Shown piece by piece: positions 23,494 through 36,907 of a stretch of DNA of 64,000 nucleotides (within the stretch, counting starts at the first letter, position 1; each line of letters begins with the position of its first letter). The position numbers and the translations under genes were made by a program. Below the pieces are notes generated by a model that was not told where the DNA came from, ran no database searches, and saw only the letters and a program-made list of their open reading frames with translations. This DNA is from Hypanus sabinus (Eukaryota), in NCBI RefSeq assembly GCF_030144855.1, contig NC_082711.1, positions 109,182,001 to 109,246,000 on the forward strand, written 5' to 3'.

Positions 23494-24829
23494 ATTTAAA
23501 TAAAGTTCAGCAAAACAGGAACAAGATTATTGGCACTGGACAAGTAGGTGATCTCAGTCAAATTGGCAGAGTCCTTGCTGGAAGTTTGGTGTTTACAAAT
23601 AGTGGGATCAAGTCAGTTTTTGCATTAAGCTCAATTATTACCAAAATTGTTGTGAATACTATTGAAAGTGTTGAGGAGGTTCAAAGTACGGTACTTGGTT
23701 GCATTCAAAATACGCAGTAGGAAAACTGGATGCCTTTTGAGAAATGGCAAACATTAAATGCTGGTTAAGGTGAACTCTGGTCTTGCTTTAGCAAATATGT
23801 TTTAATGAGTGAAATGTAATCAAATTTCAAAAAGAACGTCCGTATTTCAAGAATGAAAACATACATAAAATAATTAGCCCCTGAATATTAGAGGAAAACA
23901 TATGGAATATTCAAAGGGCAGTTGAACACAGAGGGAGAGTTTTGCAAGGGCAAAGTTATGGACTTCCACTAGCAGGCCTGATATCATAATTTAGAATGGT
24001 TATTCATAAAGTTTCCATGTGGAGGGAGATGTTTGGGCTGTAAACTCACCATTCCAATATTCTCTATTTGTACAACTTACCTAGCATGAAACTATAGCAC
24101 CAAAGACATCTTTTTGTCAGAATTTCAAGAATTGTCACAGCTGCCCAATTTTAAAAGTATTTTTGTGAAATATGGCCACTGTGTAATATTCAGTAACTTT
24201 TTAGAGAGGATATTTATGTGAGCAGAGGGACTGCTTTCTCCTAGTTCCCTCCCATAATAGTATTGAGCACCCACCTCACTGAGCAGAGTATCAGGACGCT
24301 CTTCTCAATATAGTTATGAACATCTCTGGTGCTGTTATTAAATTATAATATCCCCTCCAAAATTATGCACACTGGGGGGTTTCAGCCTGTTAGAAAAAAA
24401 ATCACACTTAAGTCAATGTACTTTAATGTTCTTTAGTCTGCTCGCAGACGATGCCTTTAATCCATCACATTTACACCTGTGATATAAATGCATACGTCAC
24501 TGCTGCACCCTGGCATATGCAACTCAAAGCCGTTTTGAACTTGAGCAGGACAAATCTGTAAAACGTGCAACTGTGGTTCCAAATCTCCATAAAATACACT
24601 AAAAATCTAAAGTTTAATCGCATTGCTTTCCAAAGCATCTAACTTCCTGTAGTAACACTTACTGTTTTTGTCACACTTTTAACATTCCTGTTGTCTATTT
24701 CAAATTTTGACATACACATTACAACATGTATAAACATGCCATGGCATTGTGTACAGCATCCCACCTGTGGCAGTGCTATAGACATCAGTATGGCATCTCA
24801 AGTCAATACTTTATTAAAAGATATATCAA

Positions 24830-25365
24830 CAGTAATTGTGTACAGTTCTGGTCACCGAATTATAGGAAAGCTATCAACAAAATCGAGAGTACAGAGAAGA
24901 TTTACTAGAATGTTACCTGGGTTTCAGCACCTAAGTTACAGGGAAAGGCTGAACAAGTTAGGTCTTTATTCTTTGGAGCGTAGAAGGTTGAGGGGGGACT
25001 TGATAGAGGTATCTAAAATAATGAGGGGGATAGATCGAGTTGACGTGGATAGGCTTTTTCCATTGAGAGTAGGGGAGATTCAAACAAGAGGACATGATTT
25101 GAGAGTTAAGGGGCAAAAGTTTAAGGGTAGCACAAGGGGGAATTCCTTTCCTCAGGGAGTGGTAGCTGTGTGGAATAAGCTTCCAGTAGAAGTGGTAGAG
25201 GCAGATTCAGTATTGTCATTTAAAGTAAAATTGGATAGATATATGGACAGGAAAGGAATGGAGGGTTATGGGCTGAGTGCGGGCCACTGGGACTAGGTGA
25301 GAGTAAGCGTCAGCATGGACGTGGAGGGCCGAGATGGCCTGTTTCTGTGCTGTAATTGTTATATA
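24830..25365 (+). mobile_element. CR1 LINE 3' fragment
   Basis: CVQFWSPNYRK...RVQRRFTRMLPG...LYSLERRRLRGDLIEV...WNKLP; tail ggcctgtttctgtgctgtaattg. Confidence 0.9.
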
Positions 25366-26419
25366 TGATTTTATATATATAAATGACTATAAGATTATAA
25401 TCTTTGATGTGAACTATTTCCCTTTCCATACATAGTGCTTGATCTGAGTATTTTCAGAGTTTTCTATTTTTATTACAAGTCTAAATTTTATATATATAAC
25501 AAAATTATTGCTTATGAAAAAAATAACTAGTATAATCTTAAAATAATGATTGACTTGTTTCACTCGATTCCAATTACCCCTCATCTGTCAGTCTAATGCA
25601 ATTGCACATTGCACACTAGGGAAAATATTTATGCTCATAAGCTCTCCAATCATCCATTGTTAATTCCTGTAGTCATCATTTGTTCATGCGTCTGTTACTC
25701 TTGTGGTACAATTCTGAAAGTGTCCTGGTCTGCCTGTCTGTTGACACAAACCATGACCAGGAGTTTGGGATGTGAAACATGATATGCACATCACTGCACT
25801 ATTCCAAAACACTGCAAGATGTTTCCCATCATAACTGCTTCCAACTAGCCATTTAACATTGGCCTGTTTGGTGAAAAATTTATTGATTATTGTCAGGAAC
25901 CAAAAGAATATCAGTCTTATCTCTGTTCCCCTTTTTTTGTAACATTGCATTAGTCCTTGAATAGTGTTGCAGACTTACTTATAGTCTAACAGATCACAAA
26001 GTGAACACCACTCCCACAACTATGACTATCTTTGCACCAGGTTGCTCTCTTTTATTTTGGAGAATGCCATGGACTCCCAACAAGACACATGGGATGATCA
26101 CCAACACCCAATTTATATGAATTTTATATTTGGAGCTCCGGTGTTAACTCATAGAAACTTTCAAATCCTTCCCTATCTGACTCAGAGGCAGAATTATAAT
26201 CACAAGACTCGTTCCCTCCAACCCCTAATTTTATTGGCATATATAAATAAAGAGTTAACCAAACTTTCAGTATTGACACCGTCACTCTTACCTTTCCTTC
26301 CCATGTGTAAATCAATAAAAACTAATAAGAGTGCTCACAGCAAACATGCACTGAGGCAATAAAAACATCAGATGGTGGGAACCACCAAATCTGGGGACAC
26401 GTCAGAATGCCTCACCCTT

Positions 26420-26954
26420 CTAGGCACGTTGTAGAATTTCATTTAGAATCCCTTCATATGCCAAGCTGCTGGTCTGTAGGTCTTCCCAGGGTACGAAAGA
26501 TTCCCCCTCGTTTTCAACATAAGTGCTCCAGCAGTAGTTATACTCGGGAGCTTTCATGATCTTCAGTTGGCAACCAGCAGCTTTCAGCAGCCGAAGACCT
26601 TGTTGGATCTCAGGCTCTTCCCACATGAACAAGCGAGCCATGAAGATGGTGAGGCGGACGTTGGGACTCTTCTTCAGGTATTCTGCAATTTTAGAAGCGC
26701 AGGCCGCACAAGGGCTGGAGGAGACGTGCCAAGTGATGGAGTACTTCGAGCTGCCATTGCGTTCCTTGAAGACCTCTACAAAGAAGGCCTCTTCCGCATG
26801 CATGCTTGTGTGCTCGTCCTCCACGTATCCTTGCATCTTCTGGAAATCTGCATCTTGCTGTTCCACTGAATAGCACAAAAATGTCTTATTCCTTCCCGAG
26901 CTGTATTCTACGTTTTTGAACTGGAACTTGAAGAAAATAGAAGGTATTTGCTCT
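26420..26954 (-). CDS. APOBEC2: APOBEC2 coding exon 2 (cytidine-deaminase-fold domain)
   Basis: ttttaaattccag|A GAG CAA ATA: EQIPSIFFKFQFKNVEYSSGRNKTFLCY...HAEEAFF...WHVSSSPCAACA...ARLFMWEEPEIQ...PWEDLQ, stop TAG 26422-26420. Zinc motifs HAE and PCxxC intact; FFKFQF.NVEYSSGRNKTFLCY is APOBEC2-diagnostic. Confidence 0.98.
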
Positions 26955-28504
26955 CTGGAATTTAAAAGGAGCAGATGTTATTGCCAAGAAAACAATGGGA
27001 CTTTTTCTTCAACCATACAACCATGTTACAAACTGCATGCTTACCAACAAGTAGAGTACCCATTCTATTTTCTATCTTTTAGCTAAACCCTTATCTCAAT
27101 CAAAACCTCGGTGCCCATTTTATGGAATAAGGTTGTCAAATGTCTTTCTATAATCCCGTTTTAGGAATGATTTTCCTTCTCTACCATACCAGATAACTTG
27201 TTAGAATTTCTTAATAGGTTCTTCTAACTTGATTTACCCCTCTCAAATCCTTGCTGATTCTGCTTATCACATTTAGAGTTTATAAATGATTGTTGGACCT
27301 GATTGTAGAGATGTGTTAAAACCTTTTGCTGAGAACAGGTATCAGGCTAACTGGTTCACATTTCTACATTTATTTCCATTCTCCCTTTAACTAGCAGTTA
27401 TGTTTGACATGCTTCCATCTGCTGGAATTGGTCCAGAACCTGGGGACTTTCCAAAGATCGCTTATTGATGCACTTTTTACCTCTGCAATCACTGAGACAT
27501 TGTCCAATCAAGCTGGGGACTTTTCTTTATTAATATAGGGAGAGAGCAATATTATGTAGAAACAGCCCTTCAGCCACTGAGTCCACAACAGAAGTCCCCC
27601 TTAATTTCTCTAGTCATTTCTCTACAATGAATCGTTTGAAGAGAAAGCAGCCTGAATCAGCAAAAGTAAATTTTCCAGGTAAAACCCAAGTTCTGGAATA
27701 CGTTGATACAACAGCCAGCATCTCCACACAAGTTGATTTGCGGTCTGGCTCGGTGTTGCTTATGAGATGAGACTGCAAATGATATGCTTGATGACAGCAG
27801 TATCCCCTTACATAACAATGCGTACGCCTCTCAAAGTCCAACCCTACATCACGAGAGGTGGAAACAGGTAAGGACAGCCAACAGGGCTCTGGTGAAGTTG
27901 AACAGGCCAGTCCCCTGTACAGTGGAAATAATGGATTGCAGAAACATTGATGATCTCCAGCCATACCATCGACTTCAGAGGACGATGGAGATAAGAGCTC
28001 ATCAATAGCCTATGATTCACTGGGAGCTAATGGCCCAGGAAGAACAATGAGCACACTTTTAAATAATTTATAACTGGCACATTTTGCAATATACGAATAA
28101 ATAATTCTATGTAAATGACATTTTAAAATGTATCAATATGTCCCCTTTTATGTGTTCAGAGTATATATATTGTGTATTGTGGCAAAAACAGCAGCTCTGA
28201 GATTAAAGACCTTATTCCACTATCCCAGCTCCGATCAGAAAATTGTGAGATATGCCCAACAATTCTGGTGTCACTGACAGTTCAAGGGTGACGTGCTTTG
28301 CAGATCTACCCCCACATTATTTTCCAGTGATGTCTGCGGCCAGTTCTTCTCTGCTCACTGCAGTGGCTCATTGAAATGGAATTTCAAGTGTATTTTTAAC
28401 TCTCTTTATCTCAACAGGAGGAGGTGGCAGTAAACTGGGAGTTTACTGCCAGACACTCACAGAGGGAAGAAAGGCCATTTTAAAGAGACAATCTGCCTGG
28501 TCTG

Positions 28505-29610
28505 TCAGTCATAGAATCATGGAGCATTCCAGGATAGAAACAGACCCTTCACCCCATCTAGGCAGTGCTGAACCATTATTCTGTCTAGTCCTATCAACTT
28601 GCACTTGGCCACAGTCCTTCATATTCCTCCCATCAATATACTTTTCCAAGTTTCTCTGAAATGTTCCAATCAGTCCCATCTACCACTTCTGCTGGTAGCT
28701 TATTCCTGACTCACACCGCCCTCTGAGTAAAGATGCTCCCCACTCAAGTTCCAGTTAAATATTTCACCTTTGACCCTTAATCTATGACCTATAGTTCTGG
28801 TCAGTGGAAAAGCCTGCTTGCATTTACCCCACCTATACCCCTCATAACTTTGTATATCTCTATCAAATCTCTCATTCTCCTACATTCCAGGAATAAACTC
28901 TTAACCTATTCAACTTTTCCCTATAACTCAGGTCAGCAGTCCTGGTAGCATTCTTGTACATTTTTCTGTATTCTTTCAATCTCATTGACACACTTCCTGT
29001 GGGTAGGTGACCACAAACTGCACACAATTCTCCAAATTTTGCCTCATTGACATCTTATACAACTTCAACACAACATCCTAATTTCTGCATTCAATGCTCT
29101 GATCTATAAAGACCAATCTACCCAAAGTTCTTTTTACGGTCCTGTCTACCTTTGATGTCACTTCCTTTATTTCCAGTTTCCTTTATTCTACCAAACTCTT
29201 TAGTGCTCTATTTTTCATTGTATAATTCTTACTTTGTTCTGTCCTTCCAAACTGAAAGACCTCACACTCGTCTGCATTGAATTCCATCTGCCATTTTTCC
29301 ATTTGGTCCAGATCCCACTGAAAGCCATGATAGCCTTCCTCGCTGTCCACTACACCCCCAATCATGGTGTCAAACACAAATTTGCTGATCCAGTTTACCA
29401 CTTTATCATCCAGATCATTGATATGGATGACTAACTTAACAATGGACCCAGCACCAATCCCTGCAGCACATCACTAGCCCCAGGCCTCTAGTCAGAGAGG
29501 CAACTATCTACTATCATACTCAAGCTTCTCCTGCTAAGCCAATGCTGGGTATAAATTGCTACAACATCCTAAATGCCATGTGCCTGAACCTTGTGGACCA
29601 GCCTCCCAGT
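28505..29610 (-). mobile_element. CR1 LINE fragment, degenerate
   Basis: Minus ORF 29183-29401 NWISKFVFDTMIGGVVDSEEG...WQMEFNADECEV; CR1 tail at 28505-28560. Confidence 0.8.
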
Positions 29611-30129
29611 TGGGACTTTGCAAAAGGCCTTGCTAAACATTTGTCCATACACAATGCGGGTTCTAAATGAGGCGGTCTCTTGGCCTAATTGCTCCTTCCT
29701 TAGATTTTGATCAGCACCTGAAAAGTCACATCAGTTGGGTTCTCATGGCTCAGTAGTTATATTGTCAAAGGCCACCCTCCCGCCCACCTCCACCTCCATT
29801 CCTCACGTAATCAAAGAACGTGTATCCTGCATGACAAAGGATCTCCCCTTACACACAATGCACTGCACCAAGAAATTCTGAGATTAGCTCTGGGCCCTGG
29901 CAGTCAAAGAAGAGAGGATGTGTGGGTTGAGGAAAGGATTTGAAAGATAAGGGGCAAGTGTCTGTCATCAGGAAAGGCTAAGCCCAAGTGGAAGGGATGC
30001 TAATGGCAGACTGATGGCAAGGAAGAGTTGGGAATGGAGGTGTGTCATGTTTGGCCACTTTATTAGGTTCATGGTGAGGAAATTAAGGACGGGTAGGGTA
30101 CATTGTGGGCAGAGTGGAGAAGGTCTAAG

Positions 30130-30612
30130 GAACACGCAAGATAGCAAACTGTTTCGAAGGGCCTTCCATCATCAGGAATCCCTAACACCCAGGACATACT
30201 GTCTTCTCGCTGCTGCCATCAGGAAGAAGGTACAGGAGCCTTAGGACTCTCACCACCAGGCTCAGGAACAGTTATTACCCCCAACCATCAAGCTCTTGAA
30301 CCAAAGATATAATTTCACTTGCTCCATCACTGATCTGTTCCCACAACCCATGGGCTCACTTTCAAGGACTCTTCATCTCATGTTCTTGATATTTATTTAT
30401 TTGTTTGTTTGTTATTTCTTTTTTTGTATTTGCACAGTTTGTTGTCTATGTACACTGGTTGAACACCCAAGTTGGCGCGGTTTTTCATTGACTCTATTAT
30501 CGTTATTATTCTATTATGGATTTGCTGTGAATGCCCACAAGAAAATCAATCACGTGGTTGCATATGGTGACATACGTGTACTTTGATAATAAATTTATTT
30601 GAACTTTGAACT
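30130..30612 (+). mobile_element. Rex/Babar-like LINE 3' end
   Basis: ...LLPSGRRYRSLRTLTTRLRNSYYP...; 3'UTR ending gataataaatttatttgaactttgaact. Confidence 0.7.
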
Positions 30613-31189
30613 GAAGCCAGGACTGTGTTTTGAATAAATTCACAAGCCTGGAGCAGATGCTCAGATCTGGAATAGATGCATAGATGTCAAGTAATGTCAC
30701 AGCCGTGGTGAAGTCCTGCTGTTACAAGAGTGACCATGAATGCTGCAGGTCATGCTCACTCCAAAGGGAATTAGGGAATGTACAAGGATACGGTGCATGC
30801 CATTGAATACCACTGTGGACGTGTTGGTGTATTAGATGAAAATACACTTCATTTCAAGCAACGGAATGACATTTTTGTCTTAAAAAAAAAATGGAAAGAC
30901 AAGTGCATTCAGTTACTGGAAGGATGCCAAGTGCACTGATTAAGAAGACTAACAGAATGCACCTGCTCCTTGAACTGGCATGGGTAGATAACACTTGTAT
31001 ATAAATGAATGACTACACTGTATGTTTTTGAAGCTACCACCAGCTCTTGTGTAGTGATCCTTCCCTTGCAACAAGTAAAATAAACACGCATATGAATGAT
31101 CCACTCTGAGTTAATTGTTGTTTGTTATAAGATGTATAAAAGGTGCTCGACAGGATCAAAGTGCTGAAAATCCCCTTTTCTCGATTATA

Positions 31190-33355
31190 AGAACATAAGA
31201 AATAGGAGCAGGAGTCGGCCATCTGGCCCATCAAGCCTGCCCCACCATTCAATAAGATCATGGCTGATCTGACCACGGACTCACCTCCACCTACCTGCCT
31301 TTTCCCCGTAACCCTTATTTCACCTGCTATAAAAAATTCTATCCAATCTTGTCTTAAATATATTTACTGAGGTAGCCTCCAGTCCTCCTCATCTCTGTCC
31401 TAAATTTACGCCCCCAAGTCTTGAGGCTATATCACCTAGTTCTAGTCTCACCTACCAGCAGAAACATCTTTCCTACTATTTTATCTATCCCTTTCATAAT
31501 TTTATATGTTTCTATAAGATCTTCTCTCATCCTTCTGAATTCCAGTGAGCACAGTCCTAGGTGGCTCAATCTCTCCTCACAGTCTAACCCCCTCATCTCT
31601 GGAATCAACCTGGTGAACCTCCTCCGCACCACTTCCAAAGCCAGTATATCCTTCATCAAGTAAGGATACTAGAACTGCACACAGTACTCCAGGTGTGGCT
31701 TCACCAGTACCTGCACAGTTGCAGCATAACCTCCCTGCTCTTAAATTCAATCCCTCTAGCAATGGCCAACATTCCACTTGCCTTCTTGATAGCCTACTGC
31801 ACCTGCAAATCAGCCTTTTGTGATTCATGCACAAGCACTCCCACGTCTCTCTGCACAGCATCATGCTGCTTTTTTTACCATTTAAATACTAATCTGCTCT
31901 TCCATTTTTCCTTCCAAAGTGGATGACTTTGAATTTACCAACATTGTACTTCATCTGCCAGACCCTTGCCCACTCACTTAACCTAGCTATATCTCTCTAC
32001 AGACTCTCTGTATCCTCTGCACAATCTGCTGTTCCATTCAGTTTAGTGCCATCAGTAAACTTAGATACACTACACCCAGTCCCCTCTTCCAGATCGTTAA
32101 TGTATATTGTGAACAGTTGCAGGCCCAGCACCGACCCCTGCGGAACACTGCTCACCACTGATTGCCAACCAGAGTCACACCCATGTATCCCAACTCTCTG
32201 CTTTCTATTGATTAACCAATCCTCTATTCATGCTAATACATTATCTCCAACTCTATGCATCCTTATCTTATGGATAAGTCTTTTATGTGGCACCTTATCA
32301 AAAGCCTGCTGGAAATACAAGTAAGTAATGTCCATCAATTCCCCTCTATCCACTGCTCTTGTTATATCCTCAAAGAACTCTAGTAAGTTTGTCAAACAGG
32401 ACCTGCCTTTGCTGAATCCATTCTGTGTCTGCCTGATGGATCCATTTCTTTCCAGATGCCTTGCTATTTCTTCTTTAATGATAGCTTCTAACATTTGTCC
32501 AACTACAGATGTTAAACTACCAAGCATATAGTCACCTGCCTTTTGCCAACATCTTTTTTAAACAGTGGTGTAATATTTGCCTTCTCTACTGGGTCCTGCC
32601 CAGAGTCCAGAGAATTTGGTAAATTGTCACCAAACCCTCAACTATAACCTCTGCCATTTCTGTCAGTACCCTGGGACGCATTCCTTCAGGACCAGGGGAC
32701 TTGTCTATCTTAAGGCCCACTAGTTTGCTCAGCACTACCTCTTCAGTGATAATTATGGTATTGAGGCCCTCACCTCCCATTGCATCCATAACATCTCTCT
32801 TTGGCATATTAGACATGTCCTCCCACTGTGGAGATTGACACAAAATAAGCATTCAAAGCCTTACCCATTTCCTCATTACCCAATATCAATTCCCCCTTTT
32901 CGTCCTCCAAGGGACCTATGTTAACTTTGGCCAACCTTTTCCACTTTATATAATTAAAAAGACTCTTACTATCCATTTTTATAGTTTGTGCTAGTTTATC
33001 TTCTTACTCTGTCTTTCTTTATTGCTTGCTTAGTGGTTCTTTGTTGCTTTTTAAAGTTTTCCCAATCTTCCAGTTTCCCCCAACTCTTGACAATTTTGTA
33101 TGCACGAGCTTTTAGTTTGATGCCTTCCTTTATTTCCTTAGTTATCCAAGGCCGGCTCTCCCCACCCTTACTGTCCTTGCTTTCAACTGGAATATACTTT
33201 TGTTGAGTACCGTGAAAAATCTCTTTGGAAGTCTTTCACTCACTGTCCTCAACCGTCCCACCATATATCCTGTGTTCCCAGTCTACCCTATCCAACTCCT
33301 CCCTCATCCTGTTGTGGTTTCCATTATTTAGGCTTAATACGGTGATTTTAGTTCA
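31190..33355 (-). mobile_element. CR1 LINE, RT half, degenerate
   Basis: Minus ORFs: SLTSVVGQMLEAIIK...KGRSCLTNLLEFFEDIT...YFQQAFDKVPH; SPGPEGMRPRVL; LCSLEFRRMREDLIETYK; tail cataagaacataagaaataggagc. Confidence 0.88.
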
Positions 33356-33749
33356 AACTCATCCTCCCTCATCTTATTTTACATTTGTTGAATTGAACAG
33401 CACTGCGAAGCCCTTCACAACCTAGTATCTATACCCTGGTGTTCTCATACCATTTACATCAAGCAACACTGAAAGACATAACAATCAAAAGTCTTATAGA
33501 AGGAAGCAATTGAGCCCATCATGCCCATATTGAGTTTTTAAACAGCAGTCACATTTAGTCCAACACCCCCACTGTCTCCACTTAACTTTTAAATTTCCCA
33601 TTCTGAACACAGTTCCATTGCACGTTTAGAACAGTTAATGAAGTTGCCTTCCAGTAGTTTTACACACAAAGTTTCAGAGTGATGCATCATAGAAACAGAC
33701 CCTTCAGCCCATCAAATCCATGCCAACCATTGATTTATACTAGGCCTGC

Positions 33750-34660
33750 ACTAATGGACGATACAAAGATAGGTGGAGGGGCAGGTAGTGTTGAGGAAGC
33801 AGAGAGGCTTCAGAAGGACTTAGACAGATTAGGAGAGTGGAAGATGGAATACAATGTTGGGTAATGTATAGTCATGCACTTTGGTAGGAGGAGTAAAAAC
33901 ATAGACTATTTTCTATATGGAAAAAAATTAAAATCTGAGGTGTTGAGGGATTTGGGAGTCCTTGTGCAAGATTCCCTAAAAGTTAATTTTCAGGTTGAAT
34001 CGGTGGTGAGGAAGGTGAATGCGATGTTAGCATTCATTTCAAGAGGACTAGAATATAAAAACAAGGATGTAATACTAAGGCTGTATAAAGCACTGGTGAG
34101 GTCTCACTTGGAGTATTGCGAGCAGTTTTGGGTCCCTTGTTTAAGAAGGAATGTGCTGGCATTGGAGAAGGTTCAGAGGAGATTCACAAGAATGATTCCC
34201 GAAAGGTAAAGACTACCATATAAACAGTGATTGAAGGTTCTGGGCCTGTACTCACTAGAGTTTAGAAGAATGAGGGGGACTTCATTGAAAGCGATTGAAT
34301 ATTGAATAATATAGATAGAGTGGATGTGTAGAAGATGTTTCCTATAGTGGATGAGTCTAGGAGCAGAGAGCTCTGCCTCAAAATAGAGGGAGATCCATTT
34401 AGAACAGAGATGAGGGGAAACTTCTTTAGCCAGAGGGTAGTGAATCTATGGAATTTGTTGCCACGCGTAGCTGTGGAGGCCAGGTCACTGAGTTCTTTTA
34501 AGGTAGAGTTTGATAGGTTCTTGATTAATCAGGATGTAAAATGTTAAGGGGAGAAGGCAGGAGAATGGGGTTGAGAGCGATACAGACCAGCCATGATAAA
34601 ATGGCAGAACAGACACAAAGTGCCAAATGGCCTGATTTTGCTTTTATGTCTTATGGCCTT
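33750..34660 (+). mobile_element. CR1 LINE 3' fragment
   Basis: DDTKIGGGAGSVEEAERLQKDLDRLGEW...LYKALVRSHLEYCEQFW...FFSQRVVNLWNLLP. Confidence 0.88.
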
Positions 34661-34664
34661 ATTC

Positions 34665-34916
34665 CCAATCTGTTCTCCGTGCATTCCCACTAACTCCCTC
34701 AGTTTTTACCATTCATCTGCACACTAGGGCGAACTCACAGTGGCCAGTTAAAAACCAGCACACACTTCTTTGGGATGTGAGCGGAACCCAGAGAAACCTA
34801 CACGGTTACAGGCAGAACCTACAAACTCTGTACAGACAGCACCCGAGGTGAGAAACAAAGAGGGTTTCTGAAGCTGCAAGGCAGCATTTCTACTAGCTGC
34901 ATCACTGTGCCGCACT
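34665..34916 (-). mobile_element. tRNA-derived V-SINE-like (HE1-like) SINE
   Basis: Reverse complement begins gcggcacagtgatgcagctagtag and contains gggtgctgtctgtacagagtttgtag...gggttccgctcacatcccaaag; same family as 49427 and 57368. Confidence 0.7.
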
Positions 34917-35129
34917 GAAATACAAAATAAAAAGAACAAGATCCCCTTGCTCCTATCTGAGGTATCAACTTCCAGAGGGGGTGGTCTCTCTTCATTTAGA
35001 AACCTTTTCAGAGATATGAAAATGATCCATCACCACTTTGCTGGGAATAGTCCATGTATTCCTCACCACAGTGGCCCCTCAACCCTGGTAAAATCTGGCT
35101 AAATGCATACGTATAAGTTTCTAAGACCT

Positions 35130-36217
35130 TTAAATAGTTCCTGAAGTGTGAATCCTGGAATTGTCCCCAAGACCCGGACCCACGTAAAAGCCAAAGAGAG
35201 GGCATATAATAAAGTAAAAAATAGTGGCAAGTTGAGAAGCTTTTAAAAACCAACAGAAGACAACTAAAAAAGTGATTAATAAGATAATGATGGAACAAGA
35301 AAATAAGCTAGCAAATAATATTAAAGAGGATACCAAAAGTTTCTCTCAAATACATAACGTGTAAAGAGAGGTGAGAGCAGATATCCGACCACTGGAAAAT
35401 TATGCTTAAAGAGGTAGGAATGGGGGAATGAGGAAATGGTGGACGAACTGATTAAGTATTTTACATCAGTCTTCACTGTGGAAGACACTAGCAGCATGGA
35501 GCAAGTTCCAGGTGTCAGAGGTCATGAAATATGTGAAGTTGCCATAACTAAAAAGAAAGTTCTTGGGAAACTGAAAGTCACCTAGACCAGATGGTGTACA
35601 CTCCTGGGTTCTGAAAGAAGTGGTAAAAGCGGTCATGGGGGCATAGGTAACAATCTTTAAGGAATCACTAGATTCTGAAATGGTTCCAGGGGCCTGGAAA
35701 ATTGCAAATGTCACATCATTCTTCAAGAAGGGAGTGAGGCAGAAGAAAGGGAACTATAGGCCAGTTAGTCTGACCTCAGATGTTAGAGTTGATTATTAAG
35801 GATGATGTCTCAGGGTACTTGTAGGCACATGATAAAACTGGCTCGAGTCAGCATAATTTCCTCAAGGGAAAATCATGCCTGATTGGAACTCTTTGAAGAA
35901 GTAACAAGCAGGATAGACAAAGGAGAATCAGTTGATGTCATGTATTTGGATTTTCAGAAGGCCTTTGATAAGGTGCCACATGTGACACTACTTAACAAGC
36001 TATAAGCCCATGGTATTGCAGGAAAGATTCTAACTGATTGGCAGGAGGCAAAGTGTGAGAATAAAGGGAGCCTTTTCTAGTTGGCTGCAGATGACAGTGA
36101 TGTCCCAAAGGCGTCTGTATATGGACTGATTCATTTTACATTATATGTCAAGGATTTAGATAATGGAATTGATGGCTTTGTTGCAAAGTTTGTAGACGAT
36201 ATGAAGATAGGTGGAGG
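35130..36217 (+). mobile_element. CR1-A, first part (continues at 42864-43742)
   Basis: RT upstream half (WKIANVTSFFKKG...DFQKAFDKVPH...KFVDDMKIGGG); stops where the 42864 segment resumes (VEEVERLHKDLDRLEDW). Confidence 0.8.
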
Positions 36218-36625
36218 GATGTGTAAACCAACAGGTTTATAAGTAGGTGATGGGTTTAATATGAATGGAAGGAAGGACAAGCCAACAATTGGGTACAAAT
36301 GCACACTGAACAAAGAGTTAAATTTTACCAGAGGCAAATTTCAAAATGGCAGGGAATGCAGGACTGAAGGTTCTGTATTTAAATGCGCGTAGTTTTTGGA
36401 ATAAGGTGAATGGTCGGCATGAGATTAGACAGTATGACATTGTGGGCATCACTGATTTGAGGCTGAAAGAAGGTTATAGTTGGGAGCTTAATATCAAACA
36501 ATATACTTTGTATCGAAAGGACAGGCAGGAATGCACATGTGGTGGTGTGGCTCTGTTTGTAAGAGATGGAATTACATCTTTAGAAAGAGGTGACATCAGG
36601 TCAGAGAAAGTTGTACTTTGTGGGT

Positions 36626-36885
36626 CATCGTTGTCAATGGGTCGCATCTAAAATTTCCAGTTGGCAGATGATTTCCCTCCACACCGCTCTGACATTTTGG
36701 GAGATCATGTACATGGCAAGTTACAGCAGTGGTTTGCCATTACTTTCTGCTGGGTGAGGTTCTTTTAAGAGATCACCACCTCTTAACCTAGCACAGGAGG
36801 AGAGCGTGCAAGGGAGCCAGCCGGATTCGATCTTGGGACCTCTCGCCCGAAGTCCAGAGTTGATGCCACTACACCACCAGCTGGC
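36626..36885 (-). mobile_element. tRNA-derived SINE with 9-bp TSD
   Basis: Minus strand: box A TGGTGTAGTGG (36876-36866), box B GATCGAATCC (36832-36823), module gtaatggcaaaccactgctgta. TSD tttgtgggt at 36617-36625 and 36892-36900. Confidence 0.85.
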
Positions 36886-36907
36886 TTTATTTTTGTGGGT
36901 GGAGTTA

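Noticed and set aside
24691-25296. 201-aa ORF
   Set aside because: CR1 RT C-terminus preceded by unrelated flank; not a host gene.
26556-26876. Overlapping ORFs 26556-26873, 26567-26869 and 26691-26876 as extra genes
   Set aside because: Shadow frames of the GC-richer APOBEC2 exon; no recognisable motifs.
26420-26878. ORF-track start (MCYSVEQ...) as the APOBEC2 N-terminus
   Set aside because: It starts at a TTG inside the exon. Homology and an acceptor extend to 26954, and a proper exon 1 lies at 50016-49904.
27626-27769. Short + strand ORF MNRLKRKQP... with nearby donor-like sites
   Set aside because: 47 aa, no recognisable homology, splice signals not paired into a model.
36823-36885. 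tRNA genes at the box A/B heads (also 49427, 57368)
   Set aside because: No complete cloverleaf; each continues into SINE body sequence, one with a TSD.
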